NCBI GenBank assembly: GCA_013265495.1 | Contig: MU058844.1 | Coordinates: 4,827,535 to 4,891,534, forward strand | From: Vicugna vicugna | Lineage: Eukaryota | Direction of reading: 5' to 3' | Length of the DNA stretch: 64,000 nt | Shown here: positions 51,464-63,760 of the stretch, one piece after another | Layout: every line of letters begins with the position of its first letter | Position numbering within the stretch: position 1 is the first letter of the stretch | Notes under the pieces: generated by a model | Databases searched by the model: none | What the model was told of the DNA's origin: nothing | What the model saw: the letters and a program-made list of their open reading frames with translations, nothing else | Position numbers and translations under genes: made by a program

Positions 51464-52260
51464 TGTCTTTTCCTGAAAGGCTTGGATGTCTTGTGTTAAA
51501 TAGTTATGAGCTATCCCTGGACTTTTAAGATATCCTTGTGATAACCTAGTAAACTGGTATTGTCTGCCTTCCCATGTGAATGCAGTCATGAGTTGGCTCT
51601 CCTCATCAATTTATATAGCAAAGAACATGTCAGATAAGTCTATCACTATATAATAAGTTCTGGATCCAGTGGTGATATTGTTTATTATAGTGACTATATA
51701 TGGGAGCACCCCCTCAATTTTGCAAAAGTGTTTGTTTAAATTCCTATAATCTACTGTAAACCTGTATGATCCATCTGGCTTTTTAATGGGCTAGATTGTG
51801 TTATTTCATGGTGAAATAATAGGACACTAATTTGTTCCTTTAGGAGTTCCTGAATTTTTTCCTTAATTTGAGCATGTCCTCCCTTAAGATTGGATTGGGG
51901 TATATTTGTTATTTTAGATAGGACAGGCAGTTTAATTGAAGTCCATTTTGCCATAGTCAGATTAGTTTTAGGAATTGTTGCATCCTTAATTGTTATATGG
52001 TGTCCTATTATATCCATTCCAAGAATATTCTCTAAATTGAGACCTGTAAGGCATTTAGCCTTCTTAGGTGATCTATCAACGGTTGTTAGGAATCTATATT
52101 CGCACGTTCCTATGGTTAATATCCTTCCTAACCCCTTAGTTAGTACATTTTATTGTTAAAGTTTTCTTAAATTAGCAGTCTATCCTTGTATCACTGTTAC
52201 TTGAGACCCTATATCTAATAACATAGTAGTATATGTAGTATTTTTTTAACAAAATGTGTT
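49300..52260 (-). pseudogene. ERV pro-pol pseudogene (protease, RT, RNase H, integrase)
   Basis: Hand translation gives protease LLDIGSQVTVI (DIG at 52207-52215) and NILGMDII; RT *PIKKPDGSYRFTVDYRNLN, IDLSDMFFAI, TAFTWEGRQYQFTRLSQGYLKSP and YIDD (51408-51419); RNase H SAQNAEF, FSDSWAVVSG and FNNQVDKL; integrase WVHHKTGYAG, IQINYAGLLP, YGLPVIMESD and GIMWNLHLP...TERCNGLLKQ. Confidence 0.95.
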
Positions 52261-52269
52261 TCTACTGAA

Positions 52270-53652
52270 ATGGCCCCTGTGACACACGGTGACTGTTATG
52301 GGCATGAGCTAGGAGTTGAAGACTGCTGTGTCCCAGTGGGGGCTCATATTAGGCTTTTTCTCCTTCATCAATCAGTGGCTTGGCTGTTAATGGGATTAGG
52401 TTTTATGAAAGGGTTAGTATTCATAATAAATGGGTTATTAGGTTATAGGTTTGTTCCCCTTAAAAGGTTAATTATTTCCATTTCTTTGCCATTGTAAGTA
52501 CCCTCTGTTATCCCTGTTGAGGTTTTTATTTCTATAATTAGGACTGAAGGGCGGTGATATAAATGGTCTAGGCCAGAAAGCTTTCTGAGTTTTGTTCTTT
52601 TATGTCTATTTATATTAGATGTATGCCTGTTTTATCTGTATACATTAGTGTTAAAGCTTTCATCTTGACTCAGCCCCTCAGCTGTTTTGATTGAGTCAAT
52701 CAGTTTTGTGTTTTCTGCAAAAACCATGAATAGTGTGGTCCTGTCTTACGAGGGTACACCTTCCAGGATGATCTTTTAAATTTATTCTGTTGCTTCTGCT
52801 TATAGAGGTGAGGATGTCTGTCCCATCATGCCAATTGTCCTAATTTCATTATTGTTATATTAGCAGCTTCCCTTGCTGTTTTAAGCAGTAATACATTAAG
52901 TAAAGGGCATCTTTATCTCTAGGCTGCTGCCACCTAGTCAAAGATCTTTGTAAATTGGTATTATTTTCTCCAAATGCTTTAAGGTGTTGATTAAATTCTC
53001 ATCTGTGGTAGTGGGTCTGAGTTGCATGATTTCCACTCCAGTAAGGGTTAGGTTATGTCCTCCGCTGAACCATAAATCTGATAGCCACTGGGTTTCTGTG
53101 TCCAAATCAGTTGGTTGGAATTCTGTTGTTGGATTAAGTTGTCATTTCTTGTCTAGTATAAGCTTTCTCTTCAATGACTGATTGGTTCCATATTATCACT
53201 TGTGGCAATTTTGTCTATTCTCATGGGCCTACCTTCTAGCAGGGTAAAGTTACCAAAGTCAAAAGGGTAGTAAATATCACAGTCCTCAGGATGTTAACTA
53301 GTGCCATTAGGAACAAAATGGTCTGCATTTCTTCCTTCTCTGGAGATAAGTTTTCTGCTAGCACTTTTTCTTTCTGAGTATTAGCATCTGTGTTACTTAG
53401 TGCTCCTAATAAGAGCACTGGGATTTCTTCCTTCTTTATCTTTTTTAAGAACTCATTGAGTTTGGTGATCAGGCCAACATCTGGAGTTTCCTTAATTTTG
53501 AGTTTTATTCTAATGAAGTCTTCAGTAGGTCTCCTGGGATCCTCAGAAGTTAATATATAATCCATTCTACCCCTAAACCACCTCTTGAGTAATTTTGGTA
53601 GGATTAGTGAGTGAGAAATGTTTACTATTATCATCCTGCCTTTTTTCAACAA
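52270..53652 (-). pseudogene. ERV gag-like pseudogene region
   Basis: Positional assignment between leader and protease. Includes the 138-aa minus ORF 53236-53652. No diagnostic gag motif recognised. Confidence 0.6.
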
Positions 53653-53997
53653 TGTTCCAAGTATGTTTTCTCTTTGGGAGACTTAATAGTGTGTTGCAAA
53701 TCATTTATAAAATGATGAAACAGTATTAAGAGAATTAGTATGGCCAATGTTAGCATCCAGACTATAATGGTTCTGCCATTTTGTCTATTCACAGCCTATT
53801 CATAATTTCATTAAGATGCCATAGATGATAAATAGTATATTAAAGTTAGTTAATCCAGTAATGGGCTCTACCAATTATAAATTTAATAAAATTTATCAAC
53901 CTGTATTTCAAATTTGATTTGGAATATTATATGTACAATAGCAATGACCAATTTTAATTATTGTTACTTTTAGGTCAAATTTGCCAGTTATGCAAAC

Positions 53998-54667
53998 TGT
54001 TTGGTTTTAGGGAAAATTGTGCTCAGAGACTGAGATTATCAGGAATTATAATAATTTCAAAAGCCAACAGCATAATGCCTCTTAATAAACCAATAAAGAA
54101 CATAATCCAAATCAATAGATTGGTTAGTTACACTATTGTTACAGGCAAGAAGGGATAAAATGAATAAAATCCAAATTTAGTTGATATGTACCTTTCTACC
54201 AACTGATTCTTGGGAGAGTTGACTTAGCCAACCAATAGCTGACAGTCTAGTTGTAAAGCAAAGGAGAAAGTCCCTTGTTGCTAGAGCACATTGCTAGGAA
54301 ACAAAACATGGGGGTTGACTAGCAAGATGGTCTTCTTGGGGCCACTGCATGGTTTTCACAACTGCTAGTAAAAGATAAGCTTTTTCCTTGGCAGAAGCTA
54401 TTGCCCCAAGGTCTTTGTAGAGCTATTTTAGAACAGTGAAGAGTTGCTTGTCTAGATGGACCACTCCCAGATAGTTCTCACCAACTCGGTGTTTATATCT
54501 AGATGTCTCCTCCCCACAGTTAACTTCTCCATGTGTTCTTATTGAAAAGCCCCCAGTGTCTGACATGAGAATTTCAATTCCATGTCCAAATGACTTTGCT
54601 TATAAAAACAATTTCATTTTTGTCATAAACAAGTAGTTATGAAATCATATCAAACCACTACATAACA
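53998..54667 (-). repeat. 5' LTR of the provirus
   Basis: Minus strand reads TGTTATGTAGTGGTTTG...CCAAACA. Collinear with 47009-47784 but about 100 bp shorter, mainly from two internal gaps. Confidence 0.93.
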
Positions 54668-54910
54668 AAACTCAAGAATAAACTGGATGTGTGGGTTGTC
54701 CAAGGTTAGATTGCCCAAGTCAGGTATAGAAACCTAAATCTAGGTGACTTGAGGGCCAGTTCCATGTTCTTCTGGGTACACCACCCTCACCACCCCATCT
54801 TGTGTGAAAAGCTCTGAGAACTGAAGTTCAGAAAACTGCACAAAGTGAAGTAGGACAAAAGTCAAATAAATCAGAAAACATATAAGAATACAAATGGACA
54901 TTATATAAAT

Positions 54911-55130
54911 CAGTGGTTCTCAACTGGGAACAATTTTGCCCCTCAGGGGATATTTGGCAATTCCTAGAGATATTTTTTGATTGTCACAACTTGAGGAGTA
55001 GGTATGATACTGGAATCTAGTGAGCAGATGTTAGGGACATTTCTAAATACCCTGAACTACAGAAGACAACCTGCACAACAAAGAATAATCTGACACAGAA
55101 TGTCAGTAGTTCATCAGTCAAGAAACCCTG
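54911..55130 (+). mobile_element. MER20 hAT MITE
   Basis: CAGTGGTTCTCAAC...AAGAAACCCTG, with 8-bp near-TSD ATATAAAT/AAATAAAT. Confidence 0.93.
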
Positions 55131-55819
55131 AAATAAATGTTTAAAATTTTAATAATTACAGAGAGAGAGAAAGAGAGAGAATGAGAAAGAGGAAGAGGCA
55201 GGTAATAAAAACTAAGGAAAACAGAGTGAAAACAACATGAAAATGCAATTATAAATGTCAGAAATAGAAAAGGTGGAAAATGCATAGCAAACAAGATGCT
55301 ACCCAGTTTTATACATGTATATGAATAATTCCCTGGGGAAAACAGATGTCTTCACCTATTTCCAAATAAACTCATTTTTCTGATGGAGGATGAAGAATAT
55401 TTTATCTAGATAAGCAATGCTTTCTTTACTGGATAGCTGTGAGCAAAAATGTTATTAAATGATTTTACTGGAGGAAAAGTGGAACTCTAAAACGATACCT
55501 TTTATGTCAAACTTTGCCTCATAGAGAGGATTTGCATAGAGGTATGGTGTATTCTTCTGAAGTCTAATTTATACAGGGAATGTTGTCATGCCTTAACCAT
55601 CAGGGTTCTTTGCTGTTCAGAGATAAGAAGGTTCTATTTTTCATTTCTGTGTGGTGTTTGTATCTAGGTTTTGAATAATTTATTTTATTTCTTTGAGGAG
55701 AAGTAAACATGTTTTCAAGTTCAGCTTCACATCAGCTGTGACTGCATGCATTTCAAAAGAGTTCTTAAAGTTTTCCCCAAACTATAAAAATCAGACTCAA
55801 AGAGATCCATTTAAGCAAT

Positions 55820-56040
55820 AATAATTATTATTATGTGGTACTAAGTGATTGTAAGGTCCAGGAACCATTCGGGGTGCTTTGCATGATTTATTTTGTAATC
55901 CTCACATATAATGTAGATATTGTTAGTATTATATCTACTTGATACATAAAGAAATTGAGGCACACTTTAACTGTGGTAGAGGTGAGAAACTGGATTCAAA
56001 TTGACATCTGTTGCCAAAGCCTTCATTCCTAATCACTGTG
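55820..56040 (-). mobile_element. MIR SINE
   Basis: TAATCCTCACA...TATTATATCTACTTGATACATAAAGAAATTGAGGCAC...CTGGATTCAAA...CCAAAGCC. Confidence 0.7.
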
Positions 56041-56399
56041 ATGTATTTTATTTGCCAATTTTTCCTGATTTCTGAGCAATTATTATTGGTTTTTAATGTG
56101 AAATTTCAGGAGATCTCAATAGGTTTTTTTTTTAATTTTATGAATGGAAGCTTACTTTAAATCATGTTCGAAGTTCAAAAATATGTTTTAAAATGTTTCT
56201 TTGCAAAATATGTGATAGACATTTCCTATTAATTCGTGAATGAAGAATAGAGTCTGTAGACTGATGTTTGCAGAGATGTTTATCTAAGTACTATCTGCTA
56301 GCCCATTATGATCCACCAAGAGAAGATAAATGTAATGTTAGTGGCACTTAAAAGAAGGACAGTCAGCTAGCACAGGCCCCTTAATGCTGGAAAACCTTG

Positions 56400-56662
56400 T
56401 TCCTGTCTTCTACCTGGCATATAGGTTTTATGTCTGGAGCCCCAGCACCTGTCTTAGACAATGAGATGACAATGAACATCGCTTACTAAAAATTACAAAA
56501 CAGAAAAGAAGCCTGGACCTTGCTGATCATGGGTTAGCTACACCAGCCCTGAATTAAAACCCCTAAAATTTGTTTACATGAGAGAAAAATAAGCTACTTT
56601 CTTATTTAAACTATTGCTATTGTAAAGCTTTGTTCCTGGCAGATGAATCCAAGTCCTGATAC
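56400..56662 (+). mobile_element. Old MLT1 (J/K-like) LTR fragment
   Basis: AAGAAGCCTGGACCTTGCTGATCATGG...CACCAGCCCTG...TTACATGAGAGAAAAATAA...TCCTGATACT. Confidence 0.6.
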
Positions 56663-56837
56663 TGATGCTAAAGACAATGACTTTTTACCCTTTGCTTTTA
56701 ACATTGAATTTTGTTCTTTCTTTTTTTTAATAAAGTGAAAAGGAAACCTAAGGTTTACTGAACACATGCATTTCCCTCCTCTCCCCTTAATTCTTACTGA
56801 AATTATAGGAAATTAAGTTAAAATTAAGGAAAAAAGA

Positions 56838-56853
56838 TATATATATATATCTT

Positions 56854-56893
<40 letters not shown>

Positions 56894-56903
56894 TATACAT
56901 ATA
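56838..56903. repeat. (TA)n(CA)n microsatellite
   Basis: Directly visible. Confidence 0.95.
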
Positions 56904-57269
56904 CTGGAAAAAAAACAGAGTTGTAAGTGGAGCAGGCATTTGTATGGAATTTCAGGAATAAATAAAATCAACTGAGAAAGTGGACAAGTGGAATGGCAAC
57001 CTCAGACATTCATGAGGAAGCTATCGCAGAGGTGGTAGCAGCTTTCCTCTGTGAAGCCCTCAAGGAACACTGAACTTACGATCATCAAATACAGGAAGGG
57101 ACCACTGGGGGACCTGCAGGGCTAGTAGAACCTTAGTAATCTGGAGTCATCACTTACTACACATCTGATCTCTCAGTGAAACCTGCCACTGTAGCTGCCA
57201 GTTATGTCCAGGTTACAATCACCCGTCACCCTCCACTGCCGCTGTGATCATCTCATCAGAATGAATATA

Positions 57270-57723
57270 CAGACGTACCTCGGAGACATTGCAGGTTCGG
57301 CACCAGACCAGCACAATAAATCCAATATTACAATAAATCTAATCACACACATTTTTTGGTTGCCCAATGCATATAAAAGTTATGTTTGCACTATTCTGTA
57401 ATGTATTAGTGTGTGATAGCATTATGTTTAAAAGATGTACAAACAGTAATTTAAAAATACTTTATTGCTAAAAATGTTAACCATTATCTGAGCCTTCAGG
57501 GAGTCGTAGTAGTAATGTCAAAGATCACCGAACACACAGCACTATAACAAAGATAACAATGAAAAAGTTTGAAATACTACCAAAATGTGACACAGAGACA
57601 TCAAATAAGAAAATGCTGTTGGAAAAATGGCACCAATGGACTTTCTCAATGCAAGATTGCCACAGACCTTCAGTTTGTAAAAAATGCAACATCTGCAAAG
57701 TGCAATAGAATGAGATATGCCTC
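57270..57723 (-). mobile_element. Internally deleted Tigger1 derivative inserted into L2
   Basis: TA|CAGACGTACCTCGGAGACATTGCAGGTTCGG...GTGCAATAGAATGAGATATGCCT. L2 sequence flanks both sides. Confidence 0.92.
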
Positions 57724-58325
57724 TGCTCGAAATCCTCCAGTGACTTTGCATCTGACTCAGAGTGAAAACCAGCGTCCTCCCAGTGGCCCATCAGGCCCTA
57801 ATGATCTTACCTTCCACTACCCTCTGACCTTGTTTCCTACTACTTTCCCTCTGTGTCACTCCCCTGCATCCTCACGGGCCCTTTCCTGTTACCTGGATGT
57901 ACCATGACGCTCCCACACTGAGTCTGTGCAGTGGCTGCTCTTTCCCTGCCTGGGTTGCTTTCCCCTCAGGAAGCCATATGGTTTCTTCGCTCACTTCCTT
58001 CAATTGTTCCCTTAAAGGTCTCCTTCTCTGTTAAGGCCTTTCTTAACTACTTTATCTATACCTTCAACACTGTCCCCAAACTCTCCCTGCCCCTTGGCCC
58101 TATTTATTTTTCTTAATATTTACCACCATTTAGCATACTAGGTATTTATCTTATTTGTCATGTTTAATGCTTGTGTCTTCTCACTAGAATTTAAGATTTC
58201 TGAAGGCAGAGAGTATTATACTTTATTTTATTTTTATATTTACTGCTGTATCTTGATCCTCTGAAATAGAGCCTGACACATGGTAGGCAACCAATCGGTT
58301 CTTTTTATGAATGCAGAATGAATAC
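57724..58325 (+). mobile_element. L2 3' portion
   Basis: CTGCTCGAAATCCTCCAGTGACTT...CACTAGAATTTAAGATTTCTGAAGGCAGAG...GCCTGACACATGGTAGGCA. Confidence 0.85.
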
Positions 58326-58386
58326 TTTTGGAATGTTGGGTTAGTTGAAACATTCCCATTCCTCTGCTTATATCAAGAGTCATTAA

Positions 58387-58544
58387 GGGGGGATGATATA
58401 GCTCAGTGGTAGAATTATCCTTAGCATGCACAAGGTCCTGGGTCAATCCCCAGGACCTCCATCAAAACAAACAAACCAACCAACCTAGTTACTCCCCCCC
58501 ACCAAAAAACAAACAAACAAAAAACCCAAAACAACAACAAAAAA
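58387..58544 (+). mobile_element. tRNA-derived SINE (camelid Vic-1-like)
   Basis: GGGGGGATGATATAGCTCAGTGGTAGA...GCATGCACAAGGTCCTGGGTCAATCCCCAG, then AACCTAGTTACTCCCCCC and an A-rich tail. TSD core AGTCATT on both sides. Confidence 0.92.
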
Positions 58545-61144
58545 GTCATTGACAGTACTCCTTTTCTCCAAAGTCATAGAATCTTCTCTTTAAAAAGGTA
58601 AATAATCTGCTTCACTGGGATCTTGGAAGGGCTTTGGGGTGCACACAAAAACAGAAAGAACTACAGTTTCTTCCACATATCCATAATAGGCATTTGGAGA
58701 AATAGAAAATGCAGTTGTACTATAAAGTGAAATAAATGAAAGCTCTTCATCCCAATATTGAAGTTGCTTTCACACAAAACTTAAATAAAAGGGGTATTTT
58801 TAAAGTAATAAAATCAGACTTCAAGCTTGATGATGTGTGCATATCAAATCATCATGTTGCACACCTTAAATGCATACAATTTTTATCTATAAAACACTTA
58901 AACGCTCTAACGATAAAGTTGTGAAGAATTTGGATACCAAGTCCTTTGTAAATACATTCAAACTTAAGGGAAATACCAATTTTAAGGTTGTAACATGAGA
59001 TGAAAACTTAGTGAGTTTTTATAGCTAAGAAAAAGAAGTGACCACTAGCATCATAGCAAATTGAATCTAAAGTGAAAATAACCACCTCCTCTCAAGAATA
59101 GAGTATAGTATGTAACTGTCAGACATGAATTTATTTTCTGCCTTTTTGAAAAAAGCAGTTATACATTAATATTTACATAGTTTCAAAAACTATTAGCTCT
59201 TATAGGCATTGGTATCACTAGTAATCAGTTTTCAATACTAGAGAATTATGAGAATGAGGGCATTGTTTATTAATACACAGATACCTGGATAGAATCCTTC
59301 ACCAGAAAGGAATCTAGGAAAGTGGGAATTATAGTTTCTGTCTTTTTTACTGATTTCTGACTACTTGAATCAATACACCTTGTATATAGTTTTATATGGA
59401 CATATACAAATAAACGTATTCATGTGGATGAGAATTTGTTTTTTGCCTTTAGCCTTTTGCATGAAAGTTACAAACCTCTGAAAATGGGCCTGCCTCAAGC
59501 TTCTGTGCACCTTTGACCTTCTGTTTTCAAACTTTTCTTTTCTAAGGAGGCGACTTTCAACTCCGCTGGTATATTTTTGCTCCTCCGTGATACCTCTTGC
59601 TAGTTCCTGAGATTTTGTTTGTATCTTCTCTTTCAGAGTAAGGTGTTTACTTTTGGAAGGATGCTCAGTTTCTCCCTCAAATTTTGCCTTGACCTCAGGA
59701 TTACTCATTAACAGCTGTCTTCCCCAGGGCTGAGCTCTATGTCTTGTATCAAGTCAGTAACGCTCATCTAAAAAAGCAGGGTCAGATCCAGAAGTCAAGA
59801 TAAATCAACAGCTGTTTTGTTTTTTTTTCCTCAGGGATATTATACTAGGTGCCCTGTTACGTGTAATATATCTTAAGAAACAAGGTAAAAAATGTAGCTG
59901 AACCAGCACCATGTAAAATCAGAAATTATTAGCCGTTTAAATATTTAAATATTAGCTCCAGTAATGAAAGCTCACTTCCTTTGTCTACAAATGATTTATA
60001 GTAGAGATTTGTTATTAAATGAAAGAAATAAGTAGTTAATTTAAGAAAGGGGCTTTAGTAGTAGACTGTCAGGCAAATTGGGAAGGTGGGGACATGGATA
60101 GGGGAAGGCATACAGAAGTCAGTCAAATGGTACGCAGTGCTCTGTGCGGACAGAACAATTCGTAAATACAGAGAGTTACAGTATTTAATATTAGGTTCTT
60201 AGCCTTGCTTGATATGGCATAATACTATTATTCCTACATCTTCAGAAATGGTCTTTGATACAAAATTGCCTTGTGTTTGCATTGTTTAGAAAACTAGTGG
60301 AAGGGAGCTTCCTTAGTTGGATAATAAAGGCAGAGAAACAAGACCAATGACAGAAAGGAAGAGAGGTTTGAGTGACACTGAGAATTGCCAGAAGGTTAGA
60401 TGAAAAACTGAATAGAGATAATAGCAAAGTTTGGAAATGAAAAATTATATTTCCAACTCTCTGTGCAATGGTGGAATGAGTCACTCTGTTATATTATTAG
60501 AGAGTAAACCATGAAGATCCTGTGAACATTTCATTACAAAAGTTTTAGTCCAATTTTTCTTTCAAAAAAATTTGTGCATCTGGAATTTAGCCACAAAAGT
60601 TTTTTGTTTTTGTTTTTAACAACAAAAGAAAATATTGGAAATTTTGAGTCAAGTTGGCAAACAAAGCACATGAGAAAATTTCTTCTAATTTCCTAAATAA
60701 CTAGAAATGATTAAAAAAAGGTAATAAAAATGAATGAGGAAGGAAGAAGAAAACAAGGAGAAAAGAATAACACACTGAAACTTCCTCCACCCCCCAGAAA
60801 AGTGACATCAGGAGCAAAGTATTTGGGAAAACCTTCCATGAAGGAAAGAAGATTAACATAAGGAAGAGAAGATCATAGGAGGGGAATTGCCACCAAAAAT
60901 TAGAGAAATAGAAGTAGGAGCGATTTTGTGGGTGATTGGTTGAGAAATTGCACTGGAAGTGGTGGGGCTGTTTGGGTCTTACATTACTCCCATCCCCATT
61001 CTTGTACGGCAGTAGTTAGGAGAGTCATTTGTCCAAAGAAGAAAGCAACGCGGTTGGTATGAAATGTGGCCGTGTCGTCTAAGTGATGCTGATATCTTCC
61101 CTTCTCCAACCAGAAGACGAGCTAATGACACACAGAGACGGGAA

Positions 61145-61690
61145 TTCAAATTCTCAGTGAATCATTTTGTGGCTATGGACAAGCTGATTCTAAAGTTTAT
61201 ATAAAGAGGCTAAAGACCCAGAATAACCAACAGAATGTTGAAGGAGACAGAGTTAGAAGGCTAACACTACCCAACTTTGACTTAATATAAACTACCATGT
61301 ATCAAGACAGTATGGTATTGGCAAAATAAGAGACAAATTGATCAATGGAACAGAAAATAGAGAGGCCAGAAATAGATTCCCATGAATATAGTCAACTGAT
61401 CTTTGACAAAGAAGTTAAGTCAATATAATGGAGCAAAGATAATCTTTTTAACAAATAGTGCTGGAACCAAAAGACATCTACATACAAAAAAAAAAAAAGA
61501 ATCTAGACCCAAACGTTACACTATTCACAAAAATTAATTCAAAATCGATCACAGGCCTAAATGTAAAATTCAAAACCACGAAACTCCTAGAATATAACAT
61601 AGTTTGGGGCGGAGAGTACATGGGGAATCTTTATCTTCCCCTCAATTTTACTGTGAGCCTAAAACTGCTCTATAAAATAAAGTTTTAATC
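61145..61690 (+). mobile_element. Old L1 ORF2 fragment joined to an L1MC-type 3' terminus
   Basis: GACAAGCTGATTCTAAAGTTTATA, CAAGACAGTATGGTATTGGC, CAACTGATCTTTGACAAAG, then CTCAATTTTACTGTGAGCCTAAAACTGCTCT. Confidence 0.9.
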
Positions 61691-63502
61691 AAAGAAAAAT
61701 AGAAATGTTTTGGTCCTTTGTCAGATGAACATATATGGGAATGAGATAAAAATAAACATCAAATCCCTGGCTTGTAGTTCTAAGGAAATTGGCGTATAAA
61801 ACAGAGGGAAAATGAGAATCAGAGAAATAGTGTGTTTGGTTTAGGTGTAATGAGTTCAGGAATCTCTGTGCCATCCAGGTATGATTTCTACAGCTAGGAA
61901 GTGAGCTATTTGAGCAGCTTCAGTTTAAGATTGCCTCAGATACACAGGTTTTGATTTTAGAGTTTGGGGCATTTTAATGTAACATAATTGGCCATAGGAA
62001 GAGGCCAAAGTGTATAGAGGAAGAGAATTCTTACTTGAGACTTTTAGTTTAAATGTTTTAACTGCTTAGCTATGATATTGATATATCATTACAACTAAAA
62101 AGCCTAATTTATGTATTAAGTTACTTAAAAGATTATTCTCTCTTATTGTTAAAATTGGGGTAGGAGTTTTTTTTTGTTTTTTGAATAGCTGAAAATAATG
62201 ACTGCATTCCTGTGAGAAGCAATTCTTTACCAACAGTAAAGCTTTTCTACTAAATTAAAGTTTCTATGATTTTAATATTTTAGTTGATCCTCTTTCAATC
62301 TGAGAAATAAAAGTGCACAAGTGGAGATCTGGAAAACATAGGTCCAGTCTATTCCTTGGAATTTCTTTAACTACCAAGCTGACTGAATAGAACTGTATAT
62401 TTGTATTTGAGATGTGGATTACTTTTCACTAGAGGTTAGTGCTTAAAATGTGGACTTGAAAAGGTCAGAACTTTTATCCATTAAGCCATCAAGCTTTTTT
62501 CTGTAATAAGAGTAGATGAAAGGTTTTAACTTGAATCACAAATGTAAAGTTCAGCGAATGATCATATCTCAAATTGAAAGAACAAGGCAAAACAGCTTTG
62601 TCATTCCATGTATTGGAATCCAGTGGTCTAAATGTCAGTACGGAATGACAATATCAAATCTTGGATCATATCACCAAAAGCCAGAAGATAGGGCAGTTTT
62701 CAGATTTCTCAGCTAAAATTACATTTATAAATAGAATACATAGTTTGAGCCCTACTTATCTAATACTAGCATGAGTTTAGACTTTATAAGAACATGCTTA
62801 TTTCTAATTATATGCTAATAAATTTGATTCTCCATTTAAAACTCAACTATTGTTACTGCTGTGGTATAATATGCCACACACTGAAGAAACTAAGGAAGTG
62901 TTTACCTACTACATAAGCAGACTTTAATTGCATGCCTAGTACAATAAAATGAAGACAGATTTGGTTTAATTTTCTTCTGAAATATTATTGTATGAGATAC
63001 TTATAGTTTGCACTGACGTATTTATAGCTCTTTTATTAAATTGTAACATCCAAATATTTTCTAAAACATTACCAAGCTATTGTGTTCATGATTTTTTTTC
63101 CAGAGTGACAAACACTGGCTTCTTTTTATTGTATTTTTTCTTTTTTAATACTGTTTTATTAAATTTAACGTATTTATACAACAAGAGGAGGAAAAATGAA
63201 ACTAGGGAGTTTTTCTGAAATACTGTCTCCCACATATTGGGAAATAATTCATATTTTCTCATAAAGAACAACGACTTTTCATAGTATTCTGACTTGAGGA
63301 AACAGAGATTTCTCATAAGTCATAGCAAATAAAACCACAAAACTGAACAAAGAAACTCTTATTTCTCTTATCCAATGAAATGATCTAATTAGCAAACATT
63401 CTCTGCCATGGCATCCAGCATACTTGAAAGTGTAAATCACCATTCGTATGGTTTACCTTGGGTGCTAATTTTTAAAAGAAAGGTATATGAGGATTTGGAG
63501 TT

Positions 63503-63760
63503 TGTTATGGGTTGGATTGTGTTCCACACAAAGATAGTTTCAAGCCCTAATCTCTGTACCTGTGAATATGACCTTATTTGGAAATTGGATCTTTGCAGAT
63601 GTAATAAAGTTAAGATGAGGTCAGTAGAATGGGCCCTTAATCCAGTACAACTCATGTCCTTACAAGAAGATGGAAATTTGGGTAAAGTCACACAGGAGGG
63701 ATGGTCATATGAAGATGAAGGCAGAGATTTGGAGGTATGCTGCCAAAGAGAAGGCACCCC
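63503..63760 (+). mobile_element. MLT1 (A/B/C-like) LTR, 5' part
   Basis: TGTTATGGGTTGGATTGTGTTCC...GTACCTGTGAATATGACCTTATTTGGAAA...CTTTGCAGATGTAAT...TTAAGATGAGGTCA. Confidence 0.9.

Larger units (their letters stand above)
47009..54667 (-). mobile_element. Near full-length, coding-dead class III (ERV-L/spuma-related) endogenous retrovirus
   Basis: Two homologous LTRs in direct orientation, 5-bp TSD AAACT (47004-47008 and 54668-54672), gag-pro-pol motifs on the minus strand, and purine-rich AGGGCAGAT abutting the 3' LTR. Confidence 0.95.

Noticed and set aside
59680..59708. MSNPEVKAK resembling beta-globin MGNPKVKAH
   Set aside because: Similarity covers only a few residues and the flanks are not globin-like.
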